A stretch of DNA of 64,000 bases from positions 1,344,001-1,408,000 of the forward strand of contig CAWJTV010000011.1 in NCBI GenBank assembly GCA_963845755.1, in the 5' to 3' direction. The DNA is from an uncultured Planctomycetota bacterium. GTDB taxonomy: Bacteria > Planctomycetota > Planctomycetia > Isosphaerales > Isosphaeraceae. A program made the position numbers and the translations under genes. Below, in pieces: positions 11,356 through 23,940 of the stretch (position 1 is the stretch's first letter; every line of letters begins with the position of its first letter). The notes under the pieces are model-generated. The model was not told where the DNA came from. It ran no database searches and saw only the letters and a program-made list of their open reading frames with translations.

Positions 11356-11423
11356 CGCCTCCGCAGGCAGCCGGAGAAGACCGGATCCAGGGTCGTCTCT
11401 CCGAGCAACTCAATCCCGCCTTG

Positions 11424-13374
11424 ATGGGCTCTTCGATGGACTTACTCCAGGGACTCGCGACGGCAAAGACGCTCCAGCCGAAGGTCGGTGAGGCGTGGGA
11501 GAGCCAGCCGGCCGCCGCCACGACGCCAGCGACGATCCTCTTACTGGCCATCGGGATCGGCCTGATTGCCGGTTTCCTCGACCTCGGCATGTTGATGGTC
11601 AAGCTCGCCTGCAGAAGGAGGGGTTTTATTATCTGAGTCCGGAGTTCGTCTGGCTCATTCCGGCGGGCGTCGCATCATTGGTCCTGATCCCAGGAACGAT
11701 GCTCGCCCTGATCGCCCTTCTGCGCCGCGGGAACATGCGGCCCGGCCTCGTGGTGGGGTGGCTCGTCTTCTTCGGGTCCCTGGAGCTGGCGGCTCGGCTG
11801 CCCTTGAAACTGTGGGCATTGCCCTTGCTCAGTGGCGGGGTCGCGTTCCAGTTGGCACGGCGGGTCCGTGTCCGCCCGATGGTTGTCTCGACGCTCAGCC
11901 GTCGCCTGGCGCCGGTGCTCCTGGGCATCTGGGCGGCCATCGTCCTGGTGACGTCCGGCGGCCGGGCCTGGTCGGAGCATCGCGCGACGACCACGCTGGC
12001 CGCCGCCGTCCACCCCGCGGAACGTCCTGCTGATCGTCTGGGACACCGTCCGTGCCGCCAACACGAGTCTCCACGGCTACGATCGTTCGACCACACCCCA
12101 CCTCGAGAAGCTGGCCGCGCGCGGGGTGCGGTTCGATCTGGCCTTCGCGACATCGTCCTGGACCTTGCCGTCGCACGCCAGCCTGCTCACGGGCCGCTGG
12201 CCGCACGCGCTGGGGGTCGATTGGACCACGCCCTTGCGACCCGACGTCCCCACACTCGCCGAATTCCTCGCCGCCCACGGCTACGACACAGCCGGCTTCG
12301 TGGCCAACCTCGACTATTGCGGTCGCGAAACCGGGCTGGCCCGGGGCTTCGCGCACTACGAGGATTTTCCGATCAACGCGTGGGACACGTTCAACCGTTA
12401 CCTGGCGCTCGGCCGCCGGCTCGATCTACCGTCCCGGGTTCCTGCCCTGAACGCGCTGATAGAGAGAATCTCCGGCTACCGGGCCGTCCTGTTCTTCCAC
12501 AACAAAGAGCACGCCAAGGAGGCCGCGGCGGTGAACCAGGCGTTCCTCGATTGGCTCAACTGGCAGCGAACCGGCGCCGCCCCTTCTTCGCCTTCCTGAA
12601 CTTCAACGACGCCCACCCGCCCTATGAGGTCCCCGATCCGTCGGTTGCGGGATTCGGACTCCGCCCGTCATCCGAAGGCGACCTCGAAACCCTCGCCGGC
12701 TGGAACCTCTTCGGCAAGGCGAGTCTCGCTCCGCGCGATGTCCGCCTGGTCACCGACGTCTACGACGATTCCATCGCCTATCTGGATCGCCGAATGGGGG
12801 CGCTCCTCCAAAAGCTCGACCGCCGCGACGTGCTCCAGGACACGATGGTGATCGTCACATCCGACCATGGCGAGCATCTGGGCGATCACGGGCTCTTGTT
12901 CCACGGCGGCAGCCTGTATCGCCAGCTCGTCCAGGTCCCCCTGGTGATCGTGGGCCCCGACGTGCCGTCGGGCCGGGCGGTGGCCGATCCAGTCAGTCAG
13001 CGCGACTTACCGGCGACGATCATCGATCTGCTCCAACCGGACAGACTGCGCCGTTTCCAGGGCGGTCGCTGGCACGTTTCTGGGACAAGGGCCTGGAATC
13101 GGAGGCGGGCCGTTCGCGCTCCGAACCCCTGCTGATCCAGACCGGCAAGCCGATCTACCTGATGAACCAGGGTCGCGAGCCGGTCGCCAAGGGACCGATG
13201 TCTTCCGTGGTGGCTGCCGGGATGCATTACATCCGCGAAGCCGATGGGCGGGAGGAACTCTTCCTGCTGGATTCCGATCCGGAAGAAGGCCGCAACATGG
13301 GGGACTCATCGGCGGCCGCCGCGGTTCTCCATCAGTTCCGCCAGGATCTCTTGTTGCTGTTCAAGAGAGACTGA
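11424..13374 (+). CDS. Membrane-bound sulfatase-like (alkaline phosphatase superfamily) protein, frameshifted
   Basis: N-terminal TM helices, NVLLIVWDTVRA, SWTLPSHASLLTG, RPFFAFLNFNDAH, YDDSIAYLD, TSDHGE, VPLVI. Confidence 0.85.
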
Positions 13375-13514
13375 AATGAACCCACGGAAGTTGCCATTCC
13401 GCCCGATGGGAAAACCGCCCATCCCGCAGCGGGACCCCGGCGGCTCATGAGCGCGTTGACCGCTCCGTTGGCTTCCCGGGGGCTCCCTCGAGACACGCTC
13501 GATGAGGATGACAC

Positions 13515-14824
13515 ATGCCTGAGACGATGGCCGGCGCACCGACTTTCGGACCCGAGCACCCCCGGCTCCGGCCGGTTGCGGAGCGCCGAGCCCGGTTTAT
13601 CTGTGCGCTCTCGCTGGCAGCGGTCCTGGTCGCCGCGGTCTACGTGGCGGTGACCGCCAGGCGGCCCGGGGCGCCAAGCGGACACGGCAAGGGCGTGCGA
13701 TTGCTCACGGTGGACCGGCCATTTCCCGCCCAGGGACGATATCCGTCAGACCCCTACATCGGGTCCCGGGTTTGTGCGGAATGCCACCCGGGTGAATCCG
13801 CACTCCACTCCCTCTCCGGACACGCCCGAACCTTGCGTCCGGCCGGTCGGCGGGCCCTCGCGCGTCAACTGGACGGAACCAGGTTCAGCGATCCGGAGTA
13901 TCCTGATGTACTCTGGAGCTACCAGTACCGCGACGGACAGTTGCACATCCTCCGCACCGACCAGGCCAAGGTCGAGGATCGCATCGCCGAGTATGCATTC
14001 GGCTCGGGTCAGCACGCCACGACCTTCGTAAGCGTGATCGATCCCAAGATCCCCGCGATCCTCGAGCATCGGATCACCCATTACACGCAGACCGGGACGC
14101 TGGGTCTGACCCCCGGCCAGAACGCGCGACCTCGATCGCCCGGCCTGGATTCCCACGGGGGCATGATCTCGGCACGCAACGCCCGGAAGTGTTTCGGATG
14201 TCACACGACCCAGACCTCCGCCCGCGAGGATTTGCCGATCGACGAGGCGACGCTGATTCCCAACGTGACCTGCGAGCGCCGTCACGGACCGGCGAGGGCC
14301 CATGTCGAGACGGCGCGGCGCAACTCGACGAGCGCCGAGCTTCGGCTCCCGTTCGGTCCGGACCGATCCACGGCCGAGGGCCTGCTGATGCTTTGTGGCA
14401 CGTGCCACCGTCATCCGTCCAAGGCTCAGCCCGGCCAGATCCGGCCCGATGACCCTCACCTGGCACGATTCCAGCCGGTAGGAATCCTCGAGTCCCGGTG
14501 CTTCCGCGAAAGTAACGGCGCTTTCAGTTGCGTCACTTGCCACGATCCGCATGCACGGGCTTCCTCCGACCGGGCGTCGTATTTCGAACATTTGCTTGTC
14601 CTGCCATGGGGGAAGCGGTTCAGACGACCGGCCGACCGTCGCCGGGACCCCGTGCCCCGTCGGGCCGCGCGGCGATTGCGTCGAGTGTCACATGCCGCGC
14701 GTCGAAGCGGGCCAGCACGTCCTCTTCACCGACCACTGGATCCGGATCCGGCGCCGGGCGAATCCATGCTGCCCCTACGTGGTCCCGCCCGAACCTGAAG
14801 CTCCTCGACACGCCCGAGCCCTGA
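13515..14824 (+). CDS. Multiheme cytochrome c, close paralog of 7186..8521; frameshifted near the 3' end
   Basis: CAECH, CFGCH, CERRH (degenerate), CGTCH, CVTCH, CLSCH and CVECH; ends [10 protein letters not shown]. Confidence 0.88.
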
Positions 14825-14935
14825 GAATCGACGCGGTCCTGGATCGGGGCTCGACAAGCCGACCGGATTCCTGAGATGCTTTCATTAGAGCGCCTCACAG
14901 CTGGCTGGCACACACTCGAAGCCTGCTCCCGAAGA

Positions 14936-15013
14936 ACCCCCCCGAACCCCCCCTTCGCAAGGGGGGGATCTTGATCGGGAAAAATCCCGTTTCCTGTCCC
15001 CCCCTTGCGAAGG
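14936..15013. repeat. Left part of a CCCCCCTT(C/G)..AAGGGGGG REP-like doublet interrupted by the IS4 element
   Basis: ACCCCCCCGAACCCCCCCTTCGCAAGGGGGGG...CCCCCCCTTGCGAAGG; the motif resumes as GGGGGTTGGGGGGTG after 16602. Confidence 0.7.
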
Positions 15014-16591
15014 CAGTGAGTTCAGGGTCTTGGCGTTCCACCGCGGATCCGAGGTCCGTATCATAAATACCCATCGGATTGCACCTTCGGTCCTCTCAGG
15101 AGTCCTTCGGTTATGGAGGTCGCCGTCTTTTCCGCAGCCGTCCGGAGTCCTTCGGTCCTCAACGACACCCCGTTTGCCGCCGAGGTGCTGAGTCGGCTTC
15201 CTCTGGCCGACTCGGTGTGGCGGTTGCTGCACTACGCGATGGCGGATTCGTGGCTGGATGATCTCTGGGCGCGAAATCGCGGGCCCTGCTTCGAGAAGCA
15301 GTTGAAGTTCCGCACGCTGGCCCATCTGATCACCGATGCCTTGATCGAGCACGAGGGGAGTGGCTACCAGGCCTTCACGCGGGCCCAGGAACAGGGCACG
15401 CTGCCGGTCTCGATCACCTCGTCCTATGACAAGTTGGGGAACCTGCCCCTGCCCCTCAGCGAGGCCCTGCTCGCCGAAGGCACCCAGCGGCTCAACGCGG
15501 TCCTGCCTGAGACCCTGGCCGTGGAGCCGTTGCCGGCGTGTTGGGCCGGGTTCGAAGTCTTCGGGGCCGACGGCAAGGCGATCAAGCACGTTCGCCGGCT
15601 CCTCAAGCCGTTGCGCGGCTTGCAGGCGGGGATCCTCGGTGCGCGGGCGTCGGTGGGCTTGGACCTGCGGACGGGCCTGGCCGTCGCGATGGTGGGCCAC
15701 CTCGACGGCGAAGCCGGTGAAGCGGCTCTCACCGAGGGCCTGCTGCCGAAGTTGGCGGAGTTGGCCGGGGAGAAGTTGTGGTTGGTGGTCCTGGACCGAC
15801 TCTACTGCAACCTGAGTTTTCCCCGGGAGGTGTTGAAGGCCGGCGGCCATTTCCTGATCCGCTACTGCAGCAACACGACGTTCGTTGCCGATGCGTCCCG
15901 GCCGGCGCAGGAGCTCCGCGACGCCGACGGGCGCCGGATCGTGCAGGAGTGGGGCTGGCTGGGCAAGGTCGCCAAGGCCGACCGCGTGTACGTGCGCCGG
16001 ATCACCAAGCATCTGGCCGACGGCAAGGAGTTGGGCGTGATCACCGACCTGTTGGACGAGGCGACGTATCCCGCCGAGGCGATGCTCACGACGTATCACA
16101 GTCGCTGGAGTTTGGAGACGGTCTTCCAGCAGATCACCGACGTGTTCTCGCTGAAGCACCTCATCGGCACGCAGCCGAAGGCGGTCCTGTTCCAGTTGTC
16201 GTTCTGCCTGCTGCTGTACAACGCCCTGCAAGTCGTGCGGACGCACCTGGCATCGCATCAAGAGTGTGAGGCCAAGGCGATCTCCAACGAGAAGCTCTTC
16301 GGTGACGTGGAGCGGCAAATGGTGTCGGTCAGCGAGTTGGTTGAGGTCAAGACGTTGCTGTCGTTGCTGGGCGCCGTGCCGACGGCGAGTGAGGTGCGCA
16401 CGTACTTGCGGGAGCGGTTCGCGGCGCCTGGAGCGACCGTTGGTGGAAAGCGGCCACTCCGGCCGTGGCGGTCATCAGAAAGTCAAGAAGCGTGTGCTCG
16501 GCAACCATACGTCAACCTACCGGGTTCTCCAGCAAGCACATGAGCAAAAGACGGGGCCCCCTAGAGCCAGAGGAAAACCCTGAACTCACTG
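15014..16591 (+). mobile_element. IS4-family insertion sequence, 1578 bp
   Basis: Perfect 15-bp terminal inverted repeats CAGTGAGTTCAGGGT (15014) and ACCCTGAACTCACTG (ends 16591). 11-bp direct repeat CCTTGCGAAGG at 15003-15013 and 16592-16602. Confidence 0.93.
15113..16583 (+). CDS. IS4-family DDE transposase; C-terminal frameshift near 16420
   Basis: VFGADG, VVLDRLY and YHSRWSLETVF (Y-R-E, YREK-like signature) motifs, located between the inverted repeats. Confidence 0.9.
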
Positions 16592-16624
16592 CCTTGCGAA
16601 GGGGGGGTTGGGGGGTGAATTCTC

Positions 16625-16690
16625 GTAGGGTGCTCTGTGAGCACCGAATTCGGCAAAGGGCGTCGCATCGGTGCTCACAGAGCACCCTAC
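16625..16690. repeat. GTAG-type REP doublet (REPIN-like)
   Basis: GTAGGGTGCTCTGTGAGCACCGA...TCGGTGCTCACAGAGCACCCTAC inverted pair. Confidence 0.8.
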
Positions 16691-16732
16691 AAAGACCTTC
16701 CGAGACAGTCTCTGATCAAAGGAGAATCGCCG

Positions 16733-19116
16733 ATGCGCCTCGGGCAGAAGATCGTCCTCTCCGGGGCGTGCAGCGCCGCGATCGTGGCAGGTGTCAGCGC
16801 CTGGGTGCCGTCGCGACTTCGTCGGGAACGGCATCCTGAGTCCCCGGGCCGAAGGTGGGCCATTCGACACCTACGGTGAAGCCCGGTGTGGAGTCGTTTC
16901 CCGACCCCAATGCACCCGGGACCGGGCCGAGCGTCTTCCTCGATCGAAGCGACTTCGACCAGGATGGCTTCGAGCGGCACTCCCCTTCACGGGCTTGATC
17001 CGGGACGCCGGCTCGCTGGAGGAGGTGCGCAAGGCCGTTCGCGAACGTGGCCCGTCGCGGGATCGCCGCGCTGCGGACGCAATACGATCGGCTCCGTCTC
17101 GACTCGTCCCCCGACCACTCCGCAGCGACGCGAAGCCATCCGCCTCGAGAAGCTCGATCGCGTGCCTTATATATGCACGAGGGCAAGTTCGCCGAGGCCG
17201 CGTCGTGGCTGGGGCGGATCCTGGAGCCCGGCCGGGAGCCGGCGGTTTCCGCCGATCTCCAGGCCGAGGTGCATGTCCTGCTGGGCATCGCCGCGCTGCG
17301 GAGGGGTGAGATCGAGAACTGCCTGGACTGTGTCGGCCCGTCGAGCTGCATCTTCCCGATCGGCGCGAGGCCTGCCACGTCAGCCGGCCGGCTCGCGCGA
17401 GGCGATCCAGCAGTTCACCGCCTACCTGGAGCACGAGCCCGGCGACCTCCGCGTCCGCTGGCTGCTGAACCTCGCCTACATGACGCTGGGCGAGTATCCC
17501 CGAGAAGGTCCCGCCGGCGTACCTGATCCCGCTCGATCGCTTCCGCTCGAAGCTCGCAAGTGGGCCGGTTCGAAAACGTCGCCCAGCGGGCCGGCCTGGG
17601 GTCCAGGGGCCCGAACCTGGCCGGCGGCAGCATCTTCGACGATTTCAACGGCGACGACCTGCCCGACCTGTTCACGACGTCGATCGATGCCGACCTCGGG
17701 GCCTCCCTGTTCATCAACCGAGGCGATGGCACGTTCGAGGATCGTTCCGCCGCGGCCGGCCTCGGCGAGCAGGTCTATGCCCTCAACGTCGCCCGCGCCG
17801 ACTACGACAACGACGGCAACCCCGACGTCCTGCTGCTGCGGGGCGCCTGGGAGAAGTCGGCCCGGCTCTCGCTGCTGCGGAACAAGGGGGACGGGCGCTT
17901 CGAGGACGTGACCATCGCCAGCGGGCTCGGCGAGCCGCTCTCGACCGAGTCCGCCGCCTGGGGCGACTACGACAACGACGGCCGGCTCGACCTGTTCGTC
18001 TGCGGCGAGTACCACGGCGAGCACCCGACGCCCGCAACCGCTGCCGGCTCTACCACAACCAGGGCGACGGCACATTCAAGAACGTCGCCGCCGCGGCCGG
18101 CGTCGTCAACGAACGCGTGGCCAAGGGGTCGGCCTGGGGCGACTACGACGGCGACGGGCGGCTCGACCTGTTCGTCTCCAACCTCGACGCGCCCTGCCGC
18201 CTCTACCACAACGAGGGGAACGGCACCTTCCGCGACGTCGCCCGCGAGATGGGCGTCGCCGGGCCTCGCCACAACCGTCGTTCGCCTGCTGGTTCTGGGA
18301 CTTCGACAACGACGGCCGGCTCGACCTCTTCGTCAACGACTACTACGCCCAGCTGGCCGACGTTGTCGCCTATTACCTGGGCCTGAAGGGCAAGGACCCC
18401 GGCCATCCCCGCCTCTACCGCAACCTCGGCGCCCAGGGCTTCCGCGACGTGAGCCTGGAGGTCGGCCTCGATCGGCCGATCCCGGCGATGGGGGCCAACT
18501 TCGCGTGACATCGACAACGACGGTTACCTCGACGCCTACTTCGGGACCGGCTGGATGTCGTACTCGGGCCTGGTCCCCAACGTGATGCTCAAGAGCGTCG
18601 AGGGGCGCCGATTCGAAGACGTCACCGACGCCACGGGGACGGGCCACCTCCAGAAGGGGCATGGCGTCTCGTTCGCCGACTACGACTGCGACGGCGACCT
18701 CGACCTCTTCGTCGTCCTCGGCGGTGCTTACCCGGGCGACCAGGCGTACAACGTCCTGTTCCAGAACCCCGGGCACGGCCGGCACTGGCTGAAGGTCAAG
18801 CTCGTCGGCACCAGGACCAACCGCTCGGCGCTGGGGGCCAGGATCCAGGTCGAGCTGAAGGGGCCCGGCGGCGCCGTCGCGGTCGATCTATCGCGTGATC
18901 GGCAACAACGGCAGCTTCGGCGGCAACACCCTGGTCGAGACGATCGGTCTGGGCGACGCCACGGTCGATCGCCCAGTTGACCGTGACCTGGCCGACGAGC
19001 CGAACCCGCCAGACCTTCCTCGACGTGGCCGCCGGCCAGGCGATCGAGATCACCGAGGGGACCGACGGCTACCGCAGTCCTCGACCGACGCGCCGTTCGC
19101 GAGCCCGGCTCGATGA
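16733..19116 (+). CDS. Second CRTAC1-family FG-GAP / ASPIC-UnbV protein, heavily frameshifted
   Basis: AAGGAGA before ATG 16733; [24 protein letters not shown] repeats; [30 protein letters not shown]. Confidence 0.85.
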
Positions 19117-19129
19117 CATCGGACCGATC

Positions 19130-20664
19130 ATGCACGAAACCGTCACACAACCTGCACGACGGCAAAAGGCGGTCGGTGGGAATCCTGGGCCTCCTGTGCG
19201 GGGCGCTGGTCCTCCTCGCCGGCTACTACTTGTTACGTCGCCCGGGAGCGGGCACACGTCACCGGCGACCGGACGCCGCTGCTGGTCCCCGCCGCGAGCC
19301 GCTCGCGCCGGGGGTCCACCTCCTCGGCGGCCTGAAACCATCCGCGGCTTACGTGGTCGCGACCTCGGAGGGGCTCGTCTTGATCGATTCGGGCCTCGAG
19401 CGTCCGACGCGAGTCCTCTCGGTCGCAGATGGCGGAGCTCGGCCTCGATTGGCGCGGCGTGCGCGCCATCTTGCTCACCCACGTCCACGGCGACCATTCC
19501 GGAGGTGCCCGGTACCTGCGCGAGATGACGGGGGCGAAGGTCTAGCCGGCGCGGGCGATGCCGCGGTCCTGAGGGCCGGCGGCCGCGCGAGGCATTCTTC
19601 AGCACATTCCAAATGCCCGAGTGACACCACACCCCACGACGGTGGACGTGGAACTCCAGGGCGGGGAATCGATCGCCTTCGGGGATGTCCGCTTCCGGGC
19701 CCTGGCCACTCCCGGACATACCCCGGGAAGTATCTGTTACATGATGGAGGGGCGGACCTGCGCGCCTTGTTCGCGGCGATGTGATCACCATGCTCCTCGG
19801 CAACGCGAAGCGGCCCGGCGACGTCGGCCGGCCCCTGGGTACGTACTCGGCGTACCTGCGCCCCGCTACCGTGGCAACGCCAAGGACTACCTGGCATCGC
19901 TCCGGTTGCTGCGTTCGCTGCCGGTCCCCGACCTCGTGTTGCCCGGCCACCCGGCGCCGACCCGACACCCCAGAGCCCGATCCTGTCGCAACGACGATGG
20001 GAGAACCTGCTCGACGGCGGCATCCGCGAGATGGAGACCCTCATGGCCCGCTATGAAGCGGATGGAGAAAACTTCCTGGATGGCGTTCCCAAGCACATCC
20101 TGCCCGACCTCGATTACCTGGGCGAGTTCGAGGGCGTCGCCGTCTACGGCCTGTTCGCCAGGTCCAGCTCTACCTCGTCGCCCCGAGTGGGACCGGTCTC
20201 GCCGCGTTCGTGGAGAGCCGCCTTCGCCAGCTTGGCCGGAAGCCGGCGGCACCCACCGCGGTCTTGCTCCCGGCGGGCGATGCGAGGACCCCCTCGGCCG
20301 AGGAGCTGGCGGCCCGCGCCGGCATCGCGATCCGACCCATCCCGCTGAAAGGACGAGGCTCCTCGCCGATGGCCTATCAGCTCGAGTGGGCCGGGAAACG
20401 AGTGTTGTTCTCCGGGCGGATCCCGTCAAGATCACACCCGAGTCCGTCGCCGCTTTGGTCTCCGACATTGGGACGTCGAAAGCCCGTTTACAGGAATACG
20501 CGGACTCGATCAAAGCGCTCCGCGGCCTTTCGCCGCAACTCTGGCTGCCCGCAACCCCGATCGAGGGCCAGAATGCCAACCTCTATGACGATGATTGGGA
20601 ACGCGTCCTCGACGCCAACCGGGATGTCACGCGATTCGCCCTTTCCCGGGTCAGGTTGAATTGA
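19130..20664 (+). CDS. MBL-fold metallo-hydrolase with N-terminal TM helix and a probable second degenerate MBL domain; frameshifted
   Basis: GLVLIDSG, LLTHVHGDH, TPGHTPGS and VLPGH in successive frames. Confidence 0.75.
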
Positions 20665-20781
20665 ATGATGAGGCATCCGAGATTACGGTGGGTGAGATCC
20701 ATCGCGGAGTCGCATCCAATCGCATGGTGCCGCGACGGAGATCCGCCGGCAACGTCGCGCTTCGGGAGGGGCTGAACTGAG

Positions 20782-22140
20782 ATGAACCCCACGGACGTCG
20801 CCATCCCTCCGGATGGGAGGACCTCTCATCCCGCGCGAAGACTCCCGGGCCTCATGGTCGGGGCGAGCATCGTGCTCCTGGTCGGCCTGACGGTCGTGCT
20901 GTGGTGGCGCGGGACGCATTCCTCCGCCCTGAGCCCGGTCCAAGCCGCGACGGCGCGGGCGGGATTATCTCCGTTCGGGACGGCCGGACCTGGCGTTCCA
21001 GGCCGTCAGCGACGTGCGCGACGAGTCACCCGAGGCGGGGGAGGCGATGGCCGTCGCCGGGTTGGCGCTGGCACGAATGGGAAAATACCGCATGGCGCGG
21101 ATGCGCTGGAGCGTGCCTTGAAGCTCCAGCCGAACCAGTTCGAAGCCGCCGTGACTCTCGCCGAATTGAACCTCGATCTGGGGAATGCCCGGCGCGGGGC
21201 CGACGTGCTCGAGGCGGCCACCCGGCTTCGTCCGCGCGAGTTCGGCGTCTGGCGGCTCCTGGGCCATACCTTCAACGACCTCAACGATCCCGACGGCGCC
21301 GACCTAGCTTATCAGAAGGCCCTCGAGCTGCGGCCCGAGGACCGCGAGGTGCTGTCCAGCTTGATCGCCCTGCTGGTCAACAACGGCCGATCGGCCCGCG
21401 CCGGAACCTGGATCGACCGGGCACTCAAGTCGAATCCCGAGGATCCCGCCGTCCTGGGCCTGGCGCGCGAGGGGCCCTCGAGGAGAATCGGATCGACGAG
21501 GCCCTGGCCTTCGCCGATCGGGCCCTGAAGGGCGATCCTCAGAACCCCGATGCCTTGATGGCCCCGCGCAATGTCGGGCCGCCCGCCGCGCAATGGCAGG
21601 AAGCCCTCCCCGACGCGGAGCGCGCCGGCGCTGGCGCCCAATGACCTGCCCCCGCTCCAATGGCTCGCCATCGTCGAGGCCCGCCTGGGATTGACCGAAC
21701 GCGCCGCCCAGACCACGGCCCGGCGCATCCAGGTCCAGCAACGGGCCAAGCTGATGGATCGACTGAAAGCCGAGTTCGAGGCCCATCCCGATGACCCGAC
21801 GATCCCCTGGAAGATGGGCGAGCTCGCCCGCGAAGCCGGCTCGTTCCGGCTCGCCGGCCGCTGCTTCGAAGCGTCGTTGGCCCTCGACCCGAATTATGAA
21901 AAGGCACGCGCGAGCCTGGCGGTTCTGAAGGCCGCGCATCCCGAGATGGCCCGGAATCCCATCCCTCCGACTCATCGTCACGGGACCAATCGCTTCCCGG
22001 GTGCTCCCTTAAACCAGCTCGATGAATGGCTTCGACCACCGTGGGCCGGACGGAAGGGCTCCCGACCGCGTCACCCGGGGAGACCCTCGGTCGGCCGGGT
22101 GGCAAGGTCGGGAGTCCTTCCCACAACGCAGGAGGCGTAA
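20782..22140 (+). CDS. Tetratricopeptide repeat protein with N-terminal TM helix; frameshifted
   Basis: ALERALKLQPN, YQKALELRPED, FEASLALDPNY TPR patterns. Confidence 0.8.
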
Positions 22141-22152
22141 GCAACCCAATCG

Positions 22153-23498
22153 TCAGGGGCGATTGGAGGAACTCTCGGCGGCGGCGAATTCATCGGCGAA
22201 CACCGCAGCCAAGGTTCGCCCCGCCCGTTTCCCGGTCTTGGCACGACGGCTGACCCGGTCGAGATCCTTCCGCAGGTCGTCGGGTTCCCGACCCATCCCA
22301 ATGGCCCAGTTCAAGAAGACCTTGGCCTCGAACCAGCAGCCGAGTTGTTCCGCCAGGTGGGCCATCTCCACCGCGTCGCGGTTCGGTTGACTCCGTTGAT
22401 AGAGTTTCTGGTATCGAGCCAGGAGCCCTCCGATCCTGGCCTTCTCGCGGCGGAGTTCGGTCGGCGCGCGGGGTGGCCCTCTTGGACCTCCAACTGGGCC
22501 AACCGGTTGAACGAGGTGAAGTCGGTGGGATCGTCCGCGATCATTCGTTCCAGGTCACGCCGTTTCATCGCGACATCCTTGCGGTAAGTGATCACCCAGG
22601 CCGTCACCCTGTGGATCTCGGCAGGCGTTAACGCCTCGGCCGGCAGATGCGCGAGAGCCTCTCGTGCCTCAGCGATGCGTCCGGTCGCCATGGCCCAGTT
22701 CGCGCGGGCTCGCCAGACTGGGATGTCCTGGGGACGCCGCGGCAGACAGGCTTCGAGCCACCGAGCCGCCTCGTCGAACAGCCGACACGTAGCGCCAGGT
22801 TGGCTTTCCCGAGCCAGATTCGATCGTCCTCGGGAGCCAACCGAGCCGCACGATCGAGAAAGGAGCGAATGGCCTCGACCGGGGTCAAGCTCCCTGGGAG
22901 GCCGATGTGGACCCGGACCAAGGTCATCGCCGCCGCCGAGGCCCCTCCGCCCTTCGCATTCAGGTGGTCCCAGGTCGCCTCGATGAGACGCACCAGTTCC
23001 TCAAGGCGGCCCTCGATGCTATAAATGGGCACCAGCAGCTCGAGCAAGCCGACCTCGTCGGCCCGCGGGTCCGCCATCAATTCGTTGATGAGCCGCTCGG
23101 CGTCCGCGAGACGCCCATTCTCGATTTCGAGGTCCAAGCGAGCGCGGATCGCTCGACGTGCAAACCAGGAGCTCGGCGGAACCCGTGCCCAGGCCTCGGA
23201 GGCCGCCTGAGGCCGCCGCGCCCTTCTCGCAGACTCCCAGGAGATAGACCGCCTCGTCCGAGTCGGGCTTCCATGAAAGGAGATCCATCAAGTGCCGCGC
23301 GGCCGACCCATGCCGGCCGTCTTGAATCTCCTGGTTGATCTCCGCGATGGCCCTCCGATAGCGCCGAACGTCCCGCCATCTCCAGCCTCCCCAGATCACT
23401 CCCACGGCGAGGACGGCCAGCAACAACCACCGGCTCCATCGCCGCTCGTGCAGGATTTTTCCTCGTTCCTTCGCGACGGGGAGTTCCGGCATTTCCAT
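22153..23498 (-). CDS. Tetratricopeptide repeat protein with N-terminal TM helix; frameshifted
   Basis: RWLLLAVLAVGVIWGGWRW; DEAVYLLGVCE; LAPEDDRIWLGKANLA; EMAHLAEQLGCWFEA. Confidence 0.75.
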
Positions 23499-23940
23499 TC
23501 GCATTCGTTCCCTTCGACACCCCGGCGAGCTCTCTGCTGGGTGAATTGCCGGCACGCGACGGTGTCAAGCACGCCCATGTCAGGTGGCTGGTGGAACTCG
23601 GTGGCCCGTCACCCTGAGTCTGGCCGGGCTCCGGGCGAGGCCGGCTGCTGTCTCCATCCGCCCATCTTCGATTCCTGATGATGCGAGACAGATTGATTCG
23701 GCTCCGCGGGAGTGGCCTGCGGGGAGGGCTCGCTTCAAGCCGGTGAAACGGCAAGTCCAAGGCTCAGTCTATTCCCCTCGTCCCAGGGTCGCAACGCGTT
23801 CGGCCCGAGCTGCCGAGTGCCGAAACGGCCGGGGCACAACCAACACGTCCCGAGAATCTTGCCGGAGAGCATGTGCGGTGCTATTCTCCATGGTTCGAAG
23901 TTCGAACGACTCTCTTCACGACTAGGACGCGATCCGGTCC

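Noticed and set aside
14885..16318. 477-aa minus-strand ORF
   Set aside because: Antisense shadow of the IS4 transposase with no recognisable motifs.
8701..19116. Enediyne biosynthetic cluster suggested by UnbV domains
   Set aside because: No PKS, thioesterase or other biosynthetic genes in the window; ASPIC/UnbV proteins are common in planctomycetes.
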